Positions 26,591 to 39,505 of a stretch of 64,000 nucleotides of DNA are shown here, piece by piece. This stretch comes from Felis catus (lineage: Eukaryota), in assembly GCF_018350175.1 (NCBI RefSeq), contig NC_058368.1:97714001-97778000 (forward strand), in the 5' to 3' direction. A program made the position numbers and the translations under genes. The notes under the pieces are model-generated. The model made no database searches, was not told where the DNA came from, and saw only the letters and a program-made list of their open reading frames with translations. Within the stretch, counting starts at the first letter, position 1. Every line of letters begins with the position of its first letter.

Positions 26591-29500
26591 TCATGCACTA
26601 TTGAGACCAGCAGAATGGTGTCCTGACCTTCCAGCTCCTGAGCCTATGTTGGTTCACCGCAGGTCGGAGAACATCAGGAGACCTAGTTCTCAGGAGTCAT
26701 TCTCCTCAGGATTACCCCAAAGGCTGATAGTGAGATTTTCCAGTGGCAAGCTACAGATGGTGGGGGTAGAATTGAATCACCCTGAGGAAACAGGATGTCT
26801 TTTCCTGGGAAAAACTGTTATATCTCCTTGTTGCTCTGATAATTTGGAAAAGATGTCTCATTATGGAAGGACAATTGCTCCTTCCTAATAACCACTCAAT
26901 AATTGATTTGATACTATGTGGTTAATATGGGAACCAGATGTGGGTAAAATTATCTGCTCTTTAAAAAAAACTTTTTTTTTTAACATTTAGTTTAGTTTAG
27001 GTTTTTTTTTTTTTTTTTGAGAGAGAGAGAGAGAGAGAGACAGAGAGAGACACAGCGTGAGCCGGGGTGGGGCAGAGTGAGAGGGAGACACAGAGTCTGA
27101 AGCAGGCTCCAAGCTCTGAGCTGTTAGCACAGAGCCTGATGCAGGGCCCTGAACTTACGAACTGTGATCTCATGACCTGAGCTTAAGTCGGGAGCTTAAC
27201 TGTCTGAGCCACCCAGGTGCCCCTAAGAAATTTTTTTAACTTTAGTTCTAAAAAGGGGAAATAAAGGTGTTTACCTGAAACAGGTGAGTTATTTAATGTG
27301 CATTTTGCATAGATAACATGCCTTGTTCTAAGATGATTTGAAAATACTGGTAATAAATGCTTTCTACAACCCTGACCATGATGGTTACTATCTGAGGTCT
27401 TTGTTGTTGCTGTCAGGTGTTGTCATTAGCTTAGCTTGTTTCCCTGAGGTGTGTGTGTGTGTGAGCGTGCATGTGTGAGTGTAACTTGATGACAATAGAA
27501 ATTAACAAACGATATGAGCAGATACTGAAACAGATATTTAAGGATGCTCATCACATAGCAGTGACCAGTGTGCTAATAGTCAGGGCCACCATATTGCACA
27601 ACGCCAACAGTTCCATTTGCCCTTTCTTCAGACTTCAAATGTTCCTTGGAAGGCGAATGGGCCCATACTGGAGACTGTGGAGAGGAAAGGGTGAAAAGTG
27701 GTTGAGATGGACATGTGTTGTTTCTTGGCTGCTCAGAATTCATTTATTCTCTTTCTAGTAGTTTCCAACTGTAACTAGGAATCTACTGTTCTCCTATTAT
27801 CAATGCAGGTGGCCCTCATTTCACCCCCAACCCTAAAAGTGGCATGTGACCCACTTCTGACCAACCAGTTTCACATTCCCTGAGTTGCATAGATGGATAA
27901 CGACAAGCCAGGGATAACAGAGCCGCCGGGGTTTCACGTTTCTTTGCTGAGACTTCTGAGATGGACCTTGACTGGTGACTTCTCAGCCTGAGTATAATAC
28001 AGGTCTACTTCTCAGAAGTTCCTGAGCTGGTGGGGCTTGATTCTGAAATCATACTGGTTTGAGCAGATCCAAAGCTGAACAGGAACCCTGACACAATGGC
28101 AGGAATACAAGTTTGTGGTGAGTTGGAGGCATTTATGTCTCCATAAGTAAACGTGGTATTCGAGGGAACCATATTAAGGGCAGAAGGGTGTTAGGAGAAG
28201 CCTTTGGGGAATTGCATCATGTTATGTTCTGGATCTGAAATCTTCTGGAGGATTCCAAGACTCAAGATGCCATGTGCCCCCCAAGTTGGGATAAACTCCC
28301 CCCGCTTTCGAGAGCGTTATAGTACAGGGCCTTGGCTGTATTCTGAATCCTTTAGTTAAATGTTTCACACCAAAAGATCTAGCCATTCCTCTGTCTCCGG
28401 GCATCTGGAATCACCTCCATCTTGGTTATTGGTTTTTTCCATCTCTCATCTTTTCTCCCACGACTACCAGAGGATTTCCCTCTGACAGTGTCTAAACTTA
28501 CATTCTTATTTAATACAACACTTTGAACTCTTTGGAGAAGAGTTATCATAGAAATACCTAGTAAAAGGGCGTGGCTGGGTGGTCCAGTCAGTTAAGTGTC
28601 TGACTCCTGGTTTTGGCTCAGGTCATGATCTCATGGTTTTGTGTGTTTGAGCCCCACATCAGGCTCTGTGCTGAGAGCACTGAGCCTGCTTGGGATTCTC
28701 GCTCTCTCTCCCCCTCTTTCTCTGCCCCTCCCCTACTTTTGCTCACTCTCTCAAAATAAATAAACTTAAAAAAAAAAAGAAATATTTAGTGAAAGAATGA
28801 ACTCTTGCCGCAGACTTTTGGTAACTTATTTTCAATTTTTTGTTTTTGTTTTTGTTTTTTTATCGTAGCTTGGAAACCTTTTCTGTTGACTCCATGTGCG
28901 TTAGTTAGCATCAGCCAGGACTCAAGGAATCATATTTCTATTGTCACAGCCATTAATTATCTACCACAGTATTTACTCCTCCCTGGATTTTTGCCTGACA
29001 TTCTGCCTGCAGCATCTGACTAACTCATTTGAGGGAAAACTGTCTTACTCAGCTCTACTCATTATTCTTTTTCCAGGCTTCGCAAATAATGGGGGGAAAA
29101 ATCCCAAAACACCCTGTCTGGTGAGGTGCAATAAACCACCACCATTTATGGCGCACAGAGCTTTAGAATTTCCCCAGGCACAAAGGACTCGAGAATGATT
29201 GTGGATCATAATTGGGGATTTCTATTTATGTTATTCTGAGAGAGGTGTGTTTCCCAGGCTCTAAATCTGACCTTTCTCTGCTTATGTATGGAGTGCTTAC
29301 TGAAGGACTTTCAAAGTTACTCATTGGCCTCTGTACTACCTGGTTGTGTTAGTGCCGTGAGAAATTAATTCAAGGACTATTTAAATTACTGACCATAGCA
29401 AGCATTCTCATAAACCCGGCATTTGAGCTCTGGTAGCAAATCAGGGAGCAGAGACAGGCACTGGAGGGTGCCTTCAGCATTGACACAGCAACCCACCTCA

Positions 29501-31059
29501 GTGTGAATCAGCACTGGCCGCCATTCCCTCAGGAAAGTCGTTAGCAAGAGAAATCAGCTGCTCCCAGCGATGTTTTCCTCATCTTTACAGAGATCTGCAG
29601 ATATCGGCCCTGCCTTGGCCCAGAAGGTGTCTGGGTTATTAGAAGGGGAAAGAAAGGCAGAGCCTAGCCTTAAAAACAATGAATGAGATGCTTCTGTGGC
29701 TCTGTGCTCCCTCTGGTGGTAATGTCGCTCCACTGCTTTATAACCCAAGTAGAAGCTCATGTTTCTGTCTGAGGGAGAAATCACCAAGTTGTTTTAACAT
29801 GAGGACATATTTAGGTCGGAGGTAACAATCCTTTAGGGCAAAAAGCAGAGGGTCTATGCTGCGTTTGGAAACATTTCTCAGAGAGTTAAGGAATTCCACT
29901 GTTAAAAGTTGTAAATAAGTGTTCTCTCTCTCTCTCTCACTCTCTCTCTCAAAACAAATAAATAAAACTTAAAAAAAAATTAGGGGCGCTTGGGTGGCTC
30001 AGTTGGTTAAGCATCTGACTCCTGATTTCGGTTCAGGTCATAATCTCACGGTTTTGTGGGTTCGAGCCTGCATTGGGCTCTGCACTGTCAGTGAGGAGCC
30101 TGCTTGGGAATTCTCTCTCTCTCCTTCTTCTGCCCCTTCCATGCTCATGCTCTTTCTTTTTCTCTCGAAATAAATAAATACAACTTAAAAAAAAACTTGT
30201 AAATAAGTATGTCAATCCACTTTTTCCACTAAGAGCTGGTTTCACACTTTTTCCACCAAATGTTGGGCTACTATGGGAAGTTTAGGATCTGAGTAGGAAA
30301 GAAAGCACCAGATTTTCACCCTTGTGTTTCAGCTGAAGGTAAAGAACGGAAATTTTCACAATAAGAAGTAAGGGGTGCTTGTGTGGCTAAGCAGGTTAGG
30401 TGTCGTATTGAGGCTCAGGTCACGATCTGTGAGTTTGAGCCCTACGTTGGGCTCTATGCTGACAGCTCAGAGCCTGGAGCCTGCTTCAGATTCTGTGTCT
30501 CCCTCTCTCTCTCTCTCCCCACTCCTCGCTTGCCATCTGCTCTCTGTCTCTCTCAAAAATAAATAAGCATTAAAAAAAAAAGTAACATTGTAGGATTTGA
30601 AATTATATAAATATTCCAATGATATTTTACATATGTGATATGAGTGATATAATATATGCAGTGATACTGGAATTATTTTATTTATTGGATTTTCTATCCT
30701 TTATAGTATACTCTGGTCTGTATCATAGACAAGGGTGGAACAATGGCACATGTTAGTTGGAAGGTCACTGTTTTGAAAACCTGAATAGGACTGGCAGCTG
30801 TCCAAAAAACGTGCCAGAAGTAGATTCTGTTTTTCTAGGAAAATGAGCTGGCAGCAAATTTTAAAGTACTGTGCATTGCTTTAAGATCATTCTCAATTGG
30901 GCCAGGTGCATTCGTTATGTTGCTCATTAGTCTTTAGTACTTTGGTAAATTGTGTTCAAAATAAGAATAGAATCTTTCCAAGCACAGATCCTATAAAAGG
31001 CTTTCTTTAAGTGGCTTGGCTGTTCAGGCATTGTCAAGGTAGCTGTAAACATTTGCCTC

Positions 31060-31727
31060 CCCGCTGGTTTGGTAAACAACCTCTCTGGTTTCTAGGATCC
31101 TCCCCTCTGAGGTGTTCACACCTTTGTGTAATCTCTCCCCTGTGAGGGTGGTCTGGACTTACTGACCTGCTTCCAATGCATTGCATGCCACGGAAGTAAC
31201 GGGATGTTACTTCCAAGATTAGGTTACAAAAAGACAATGGTTTGCCAAACGTGGAAGGAACCAAGATATCCTTCAGTAGGTGAATGGGTAGAGTCTGCAG
31301 CAAATCCAAGTAATGGAATATTGTGCAACACTAGGAGGTGACCTATCAAGTTATGAAAAGACACGGAGGAAACTTCAATGCATAATACTAAGTGAAAGAA
31401 GCCAATCTGAAAAGTCTATGTACTATATGATTTCTACTATCTGCCATTCTGGAAAAGATAAGACAACAGAGTCAGTAAAATGATTGGTGGTTGCCAGGGG
31501 TTAAGGAAAGGGAGGGATGAATAGGCAGAGCACAGAAGATAGTTAAGGCAGTGCAACTATTTTTATGTGATACTACAATGGTGAATACATGCCATCATAC
31601 ATTTGTCAAAAACAATAAAATGTACAAAACCAAGAATGAACCAAACTATGGACTTTGGGTGATAATGTCGTCTCATCAAGTGTAACATATGTACCACTCT
31701 GATGAGGGATGTCGGTAGTATGGGAGG

Positions 31728-31767
<40 letters not shown>

Positions 31768-32250
31768 AGGTAGAGGGTATATGAATTCTGTACTTTCTAC
31801 TCACTGTTGCTATAAACCTAAAACTGCTCTAAAAGTCTATTTAAAAAAGGGTGTCTGTCTTGGGTGCCTTCTCTTGCTCACTCATTTGCCTGCTCTGGGG
31901 GAAGCCAGCTGCCATGTTGGGAATGCCTTTATGGAGAGGCCCATGTTGCAGAGAACTGATGTCTCCAGCCAATAGCCAGCAAAGACCCGAGGTCTGCCAA
32001 TGGCCATAAGGGTGAGCTCACAGTGGATCCTCCCTCACATGAGCCTTGAGATGATTACAGCTACAGTGTAACTTTGATGAGAGACATTTTGAGAGACTCT
32101 GAGTTTAAGGTGCCCAGCTACAGCATGCCCAGAATTTGAAACCACATTAATAATAATAATAATAATAATAATTGAGATAATAAATGTTTGTGATTTTAAA
32201 GTGTCTAGGTTTTACAGGAATTTGTTATGTAGCAGTAGGTAACTAATATA
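31060..32250 (+). mobile_element. MLT1-type LTR interrupted by an L1M 3' end (~31250-31850)
   Basis: ttacttccaagattaggttacaaaa and gaagccagctgccatgttg...ccagccaatagccagcaaag...gagataataaatgtttg are MLT1-like. gcataatactaagtgaaagaagccaatctgaaaag...taaacctaaaactgctctaaaa is an L1M 3' end. Confidence 0.65.
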
Positions 32251-32649
32251 GGCAAATGTTGAAGAAATTCTTTAATACTTTAATAGTAGATGAGAAGGAC
32301 TTATAGTTCATACCAGGAATGCCATGCACAGTTAAGCATAAATATATCGAACTGCTTAGGAGTATAAAGTTAAAATTACTGCGTTGTTCTAGAATAAAAT
32401 ATCAATCCCTCCACATAACATAAAGGAAATTAATTTTTACTGGCACATATGATTTACTAGACACTTAAATGATCTCTTTTAGGAGGAGATGAGGGTAGTT
32501 AAATAATTTATCTAAGGCTACATAGATAGAAGCGAGAGCGGATAGGATGAGAAGTGAGGTGTCACTTTCACATAAAAGTAACATATATCAGTCTTTCTAC
32601 AACCTTCCTTTGAATTTTTTTATTCAAATCCCTGACAAAATAGTTTGGA

Positions 32650-33530
32650 CTTGCCCATAGCCCACAATCATAGTGGGATATTTTATGCATGTTTTTCTCA
32701 GTAATGAACAGAAGAAGCAGGAAAAATGTCAGTTAAGGATATACAAGATTTGAATAATGTGATGTGCAAACTTGACCTTATGCCCATATATAGAACCCAG
32801 AGCCCCAAATTGCAAAATACACATTCTTTTTTAAAAAAATGTTTTTATTTATGTATTTATTTTAAAGTTTATTCATTTGTTTTTGAGAGGGAGAGAGTGC
32901 AGGAGGGGCAGAGAGAGAGGGAGACAGAGAATCCCAAGCAGGTCCTGTGTTGTTAGCGCAGAGCCCGACACAGGGCCCAAACCCACAAAACCATGAGATC
33001 ATGACCTGAACCAAAACCAAGAGTTGGCCACTTAACTGAGCCACCCAGGCGCCCCTGCAAAATACACATTCTTAAGAACATACGTTGGGTCCTAAAGCCA
33101 ACCCCAGTATATCAAAACAGATTGAAATCAGAATATGTTCTCTGATAATAATGCATTAAGCTCAAAATCAACAACAAAAAGATTACTAGAAAATCCCTTT
33201 ATGTTTGATATTAAAAAACATACTTGTAAATGGGGCACCTGGGTGGCTTAGTCAGTTAAGCATCTGACTTTGGCTCAGGTCATGACCTCATGGCTCATGA
33301 GTTCGAGCCCTGCATCGGGCTCTGTGTTGACAGCTCAGAGTCCGGAGCCTGCTTCGGATTCTGGGTCTTCCTCTCTCTCTTTCCCTCCTCTACTTGTGTG
33401 TGCTCTCTCTCTCTGTCTCTCTTTCAAAATATAAATAAACATTGAATTACAAAAATTAAAAAAAAAAGAATCGTACTTATAAATAACTCTTGTGTCAAGA
33501 AAGAAATAATAATAAAATTAGAAAAGTTTT
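32650..33530 (+). mobile_element. Old L1 ORF2 endonuclease-region fragment interrupted by two SINEs
   Basis: KDIQDLNNVMCKLDLMPIYRT peptide, and gattgaaatcagaatatgttctctgataataatgcattaagctcaaaatcaac. Confidence 0.65.
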
Positions 33531-36249
33531 CGAGGATTGTGCAGTAGGAGGAAAAGAAACAAGATGGTGAATTGTAATGATGAACCATGGAGTCTAAGCA
33601 AGACAGAAAGGGAGACCAGAAGAGGCTGTCAGCTTTGAGAGAGTCACAGGAGTCAAGCACTGGAGGTCAGAATGATAGGGAAGAATTCCACAATGGGAAC
33701 ACCTGAGCTGGAAAGGTAGAATGTTTGGACATGTTTTTCAGAAGTGGTGAGAGGTAATGAACACGTGCAGGATTTAACCATGGGAGAAAATGCCAGCAGT
33801 TGGTTGGATAGAAAAAGTCACTGGAAGTGAGACCATTAATAACTAACTAGGAGGCGCTAGACAGATTGTGCACATGTTTCTGAAGACTCCAAGTGGAATG
33901 GAAGGAGGTGAGGTGAACAGCAAGGCAGCAGGAAGTAAACTGTGTGATGAATGAGGGGTTGTGAACAGGAAGTTGGATGACTGAAAGCCGTGAGCTACGC
34001 AAGTAGGCGGTAAATCCCACGTGGCTTAAGCGTCCATAGAGCAGGTATACGAGATAAGCCAGGCTTACTCTCAGAGCACATTTCATCAGGTTCATTTTAT
34101 AAAGAAATAGGGAAATGGCAGTAGCTCACCAGATACTGAAAAGGGTTTTCAGTGTTTCATACAACGCACAGGAGTAGAGGCTGCTTCCCACGGGGACGAA
34201 CCAGCCAAGGTCTTATTCCTTATTTGGGTTTGCCAAGCCTCACAATGCAGCTTCACTTAGTATGCCTCTTCTTGGTGTTCCCAACTTCTCCCTACAATGA
34301 TGTGTTCACTGGGCAATACACGTGACTGCTTGTGGTTTCTCTAAGGGAGCTACACATTCCGGAACTCAGGTTTGTGTCTAAAGCAGACTTCACAAGCAGC
34401 ACAAATACTGTGATCTCTTTAACATCATGCATCTGCTTGGAACTGAGTGGGTTTTAAGCGACAATTCATGGGATCTTATGGAGCTTAAATTGTTTCTAAA
34501 AGTTTTTCATTTGTAGGAGCGCCTGGGTGGCTCTGTCAGTTGAGCATCTGACTTTGGCTCAGGTCATGATCTCGCAGTCTGTGAATTTGAGCCCTGCTTG
34601 GGGCTCTGTGCTAACAGTTCAGAGGCCTGGGGACTGCTTCAGGTCCTGTGTCTCCCTCTCTCTCTGCCCCTCCCTGGCTCATGCTCTGTCTTTCTCTCTC
34701 TCTCAAAAATAAATAAACATTAAAAAAAATAAAATCAAAAGTTCTTCATTTGTACAATTACACAGTAATTTTTTTAAGTGCATTTATTTATTTTGAGAGA
34801 GAGAGAGAGAGAGAGCACACAAGCAAGGAAGGACAGAGGGAGAGAGAGAATCCCAAGCAGGCTCTGCACTGGCAGCACAGAGACAGATCTGGGGCTCCAA
34901 CCGACGAACCATAAGATCATGACCTGAACCAAAATCAAGAGTCAGAAACTTAACCAACTGAGCCACCCAGGTCCCTGATAAGTAAATTTTCATGCAACGA
35001 ACAGATAAAGCAGTCTCCTTGATCATTGCCATGGTCCCCAACCCAGGTTCAGAACCAACCAGTTATTGGGTGATGTGTTCCTCCCAGGGCACTTACATTC
35101 TTCTAATGTAGTTTGCATATCAGATCATTTTGCTTCCCTGGTTTTCAAGGGATTCCCTTTATAGTTAGAATAAAATCCACACTCCCAACCGTGGTTTACA
35201 AGACTAGACACAGGCTGGTCCTTGCCCACTTCTTTGACCTCCTCATGTGCCAGGAAGTGTGAAGGTTTTCTCCCCACAGAGGTTGGTACGTGCTATTTGT
35301 TCTGTTCCAGAAACTCCTTCACAATCCTTGTCTGACAGGTTCTTCACAGGTTCCAGACTCAGCTTCAAATTCACCTCTTCACAAGCCTTTCCTAGTTATA
35401 TTCTCTAAATTAGTACCTCCCTCCTGTCTCCACTTCCAATGTCTTTTGAATGCTATTACTTTGTTTCAGCAACAGAGCTACACTGTGGGGGGGTTTGACT
35501 CCTCACTTCACCGCATGCTGGCTAAGTTATTTACCCTTGTTTGTGCTTTTAGTATCCTCATCTCTCAAAAAGGATAATTGTAGTATGTACTTTACAGATT
35601 GTTATAAGGAAATCAAATAAGGAAATATTTATAAAGCACTAAGAAAGTGCCCATAATGAACTCTGATGAATCGATAATTTTTTTCCTTAGTGCCTGCAAT
35701 TAGATGGAATCATTTATTTATCCGTATGTTAATCATCTCTCTTCTCTCGAATGGAAGCTGTGTGAGTGCAAGGACCTTGTCTGTTTTATTCTTGGCATCA
35801 AGAACATTGCCTGACTCATAGTGCAAGAGTCTTAATAAATAAAGGTGGAACCTATCAATATTCAAATCTTAACTTGTGCATAAGGTGCTGTGTGTACAAG
35901 AGACACATTTAAAATGGAAAACATGGTCCTACTTTTATTTAAATGCTTTTAACTTTTTTTTAAGTTTATTTTTGAGAGAGAGAGAGAGACAGCATGCCAG
36001 CAGAAGAGGGGCAGAGAGAGAGGAAGACACAGAATCTGAAGCAGGCTCCAGGCTCTGAGCTTTCAGCACAGAGCCCCACGCGAGGCTCAAATTCATGGAC
36101 TGTGAGATCATGACCTGAGCCCAAGTCAGGGACTTGACCAATGGAGCCACCCAGGTGCCCCGAATGCCTTTAACTTTTATACACTGGCCCCCACTAGATG
36201 CTTTCACCATATCTTGTGCATCTTATACTAGAATGGATGTGACTCCTCC

Positions 36250-37490
36250 AAGCCCTGGAGAGCAAGACTGAGCCAACCGTAAGTCTTTCACGTGTCTTAC
36301 TATTCCAAGGAGCACAGGCTACATAAAGTCAGCATAGTAGCAGCCACACTCCCGTGATATTTATAAAAACACCAGCAGCAGTTACCAGAGGCAAAAATAA
36401 CATTCCCAGATCCCAGCACGATCCCGACCTATACTACAGTCGCCAGCCAACTGTGTTAGGATTATCTGGGGAATGAAGAAAAAGAGAAGAGCCTCTTGCT
36501 TGAGCTTGTCAGCTTACTGGTCATACTGTGTAAGTTAGCCCGGGTCTGTGAAGCTAAACTCAATCGGGAAAATCTTCTGTAAGGAGGTGAGTTATGTTTC
36601 CATATACTCCTCTTGCAGATACCTTGCAGAACCCAAGGCTTTCTCCGGCTGTATGGTCACCACCGTCAACATCAGGATGGTGCTTCCGAGCCCAGTGAAG
36701 GCATGTGCTCTGAAAGATGCACAACCATTTCTTGCCTGCAAATATCTTCTTACTGCAGCAAATCCAACCTGGGTCATCTACCCCAGGTTGAGAAACAAGA
36801 AAAAGGAGGGGGAAAAATCACAAAAAATCCGTTAGATTCCTACTTATTAACCTGAGCTTGAGAAAAAGCCAGGTCTGAAGTGCTCCATGCTTGCTAATAG
36901 CCCTGGGTCTGAAGTTCATCCAAAGTACAGCTACTCTAGGGTCCCTTTGAGTGCTTGTTGTGACTCAGAAATTTCTATCTCTTTCCAAGATTCAATTCTG
37001 GCTTATGCAGTCTGAGTTCCTGGAAAGTCTGTGCTGATTCTCAAATGAATCTATTTTCTTATAAAACTCAGCTACTGTGGTCTCCAAGTGCTCAATCAGC
37101 CTGCACAGTGACAATCTCCAACCAGCTGCAGCTCGGGGACACCTTAAACCAGCCATGGTGAATACAGATGTTTTCATCTCTCCTTGTTTTATTTTAGCTC
37201 CAGATGGAAGTTCTTATCTGTGCAATGTGGACTTCTCCCTATTTCACATTCCAAGCTCTGCAAGTGCAGGGTTAGAAAAAGGAAGCCCACAGGAGAAACG
37301 AAAAGAAACATTACAAAAAAGTGTATGTTTGTCCTAATGCCCAATGCCAAGCAGGCCTAGGCTGGCCACTCTATGACTCAAGTGATCATCTAGATCAAGC
37401 TGTCATATTGGGAAAGAAAGGGCAGGAGGGAGATGGCTGAGCCTCATACCAGCTGAGAAGCAGTCTTGCCTGGCTTGCTGATCTGCACAG
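36250..37490 (-). pseudogene. Putative decayed TRIM-like coiled-coil + PRY/SPRY (B30.2) gene remnant
   Basis: After removing a 74-nt GT-AG intron (36851-36778), one minus frame reads ...WKEIEISESQQALKGTLE*LYFG*TSDPGLLAS...KHHPDVDGGDHTAGESLGFCKVSARGVYGNITHLL...LHSPDNPNTVGWRL*YRSG...YYADFM*PVLLG. This is collinear with B30.2 motifs. Minus-strand acceptors lie at 37483, 37258 and 36778. Alignment by eye only. Confidence 0.6.
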
Positions 37491-39289
37491 AAGATGAGAG
37501 GAAGCAGAAGAAAGTCCACTGTGTAGGTAGAGGAAGTGAAAGGGAAATGGGGCTTGATTACTGCCTTTAGAGCATGATATCCTCACCGTGGTAAATGTGG
37601 TTCAAAACATGTGTCCTTGGCTATGCAGTAGGATTAGCCATCCCTCCTTCTTTGGGAGATCCATATTAAGTGGGGCCATAGGAAAGAGGGGCTAGATATA
37701 TCCTCTTGTTCATTGCTGTTGAAGGTATTCTCCAACAATAGGAAGTGGGTTCAGTCTGGCAGTAAAAAGAATATCTTTCACTGCACTATCATATCCTTTT
37801 ATGCTCTCCCAGTTCACCATATACTGTTGGGACTAAGCCATAAAGCTTATTAGCATCTCTCTTAGAAGAGTAACCCCTTAGAAAAGAGACATCCATAAAA
37901 TGGGAGCAAAGAGGACAAACTTAGGAGGAGTTCTGACCAGCAGGAAAGATTAAATAGAATTCTCATTGGGGAGAGGATGGAGAAAGATTAGGAAGGTAGC
38001 TGATAGGGGGTGTGGCTGGCTTGGGTTCTTCAGGGATGCAGCACTCCTTGTTCCCTCCCTGGGACCTGAGTTTGAAGAAATGAGACAATGAAAAGGATAA
38101 TTTTGACTCTGAGAAGTCACTGCCATGCAAGTGACCTTGAATTATCAGAGGGTAACTGCAGCAGCATGGCAATGGTCTTGTTAGTGTATGGGATGAGCAA
38201 GCTTTAGGTCCTACTCCTGTCTCTTTTGGCTCCTGGCTGGTATGGAAGAGATAGATACATACATACATATTTCTGATTTATTTTAAAATTGTATTTGAGT
38301 AATTTTTTTGCCTACATATGTTTATGGGTCTAGACTTACACAGAAGTTGCTAAAACAGTTCAGAGAGTGACAAAGAATGCAGAGCAGATTCTAGGACTAT
38401 CTAAGCCCATGCACTTTATCAGTAGCTAGAAGGGAAAAACGAGGCCAGCATGGCTCTGCTTCTGCCAAACCTTTCCTCTCTGTTAAGGTGACATTTGGGC
38501 CAGAAGGAGGAGGGTGAAATCCTGAAAGATAGCATTCACTCCCTCAAACAGATGGAGTTGCCTTTAACTGGCAAGTTCAAGTGTCCTTTTTCGCCTCCCC
38601 TCCCACAAGAATGAGGATGTGAGGGTAACCTAAGAACACTAGAAAATAACTTACACATAGATAGCAGTGCTCTGGTAGTGTATTAACTTCCAAGACTCTA
38701 GGTCTTAAATCTGTGCTGCCTCTCATTCACATTCAAAGCATATTTATTGGGTAATCATTAAAGACTAGTTGGTGCTTGGTCATGCCTGTTGGCCCTGGTC
38801 TGGGACAAGCCAGTGCCCAGTTGTGAGTCTGGGACATGGAGGACTGGCTCCCCAGCAATGGCTGAGAAATCCTTACTTCTGGCTCCTGTTGTAGGACTTT
38901 GGCTGAAAGCACTTCAGAGTAAGTCACCTGGGTTCATTTTGTGCTTACATTTCTGTAAGTAGGAATAATGAACGCAGTCTTTTTTTTTTCCCCCTTCCAA
39001 CAGAAGAACTGGGTTACTGGATTAAGCAACAGAGATTACAACACTATATAAAAACAGACGTCCAACTATTGCAACATCTTAAATCAGGGGAGTTTGGCGA
39101 ATGGGCCAGTGCTTCCCTGTGGGTTCTAGCTTGAGGCTTTACTCAGTCGCTGAAATTCCATCCTTCGTGGGTAGGAAGTAGGGACCTGGAGGCCAATATT
39201 TCCTGAGTTGTCACACAGGGTTACTCTTGAACCTGGGATTCCCATTTGGCCTTGCCCCTGGCTCACTTACAGGGTGAGCAGAGCTTGCC

Positions 39290-39505
39290 TTCGAAATGCC
39301 TGCGGTTGAGGCCTCCAGGCGTTCTTCATGACCAATAAGCAAAGAAGTTCGCCATTGGCCTGAACCGAGGAGCCTTTGGGCGGAGCAGAGGGTGGCAGCT
39401 GCGCAGGCCCGGAACTGAGAGGTGAGCTCCGCCTTTTAGGCGGCGCGTTCCCATTGGTTGGAGGCGATGCCTGGGCGGGGCAAGGTTCCGCCAGAAGTGC
39501 GGGGA
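39290..39505. promoter_or_regulatory. CpG-enriched CCAAT/GC-box promoter-like element
   Basis: CCAAT at 39332-39336, ATTGG at 39354-39358 and 39453-39457, GC boxes GGGCGGAGC (39378-39386) and GGGCGGGGC (39473-39481), CCGGAA near 39409, with local CpG retention. Confidence 0.6.

Noticed and set aside
36480..36780. Ty3/gypsy gag (PEG10-like) reading of the 36.5-kb region
   Set aside because: Weak resemblances needed several frame switches, whereas the PRY/SPRY motifs occur in the correct order in one frame. Not formally excluded without an HMM search.
37490..38300. RING or B-box exons for the TRIM-like remnant
   Set aside because: I could not find a convincing Cys/His spacing pattern in the stretches I read. 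The N-terminal part is either lost or too decayed.
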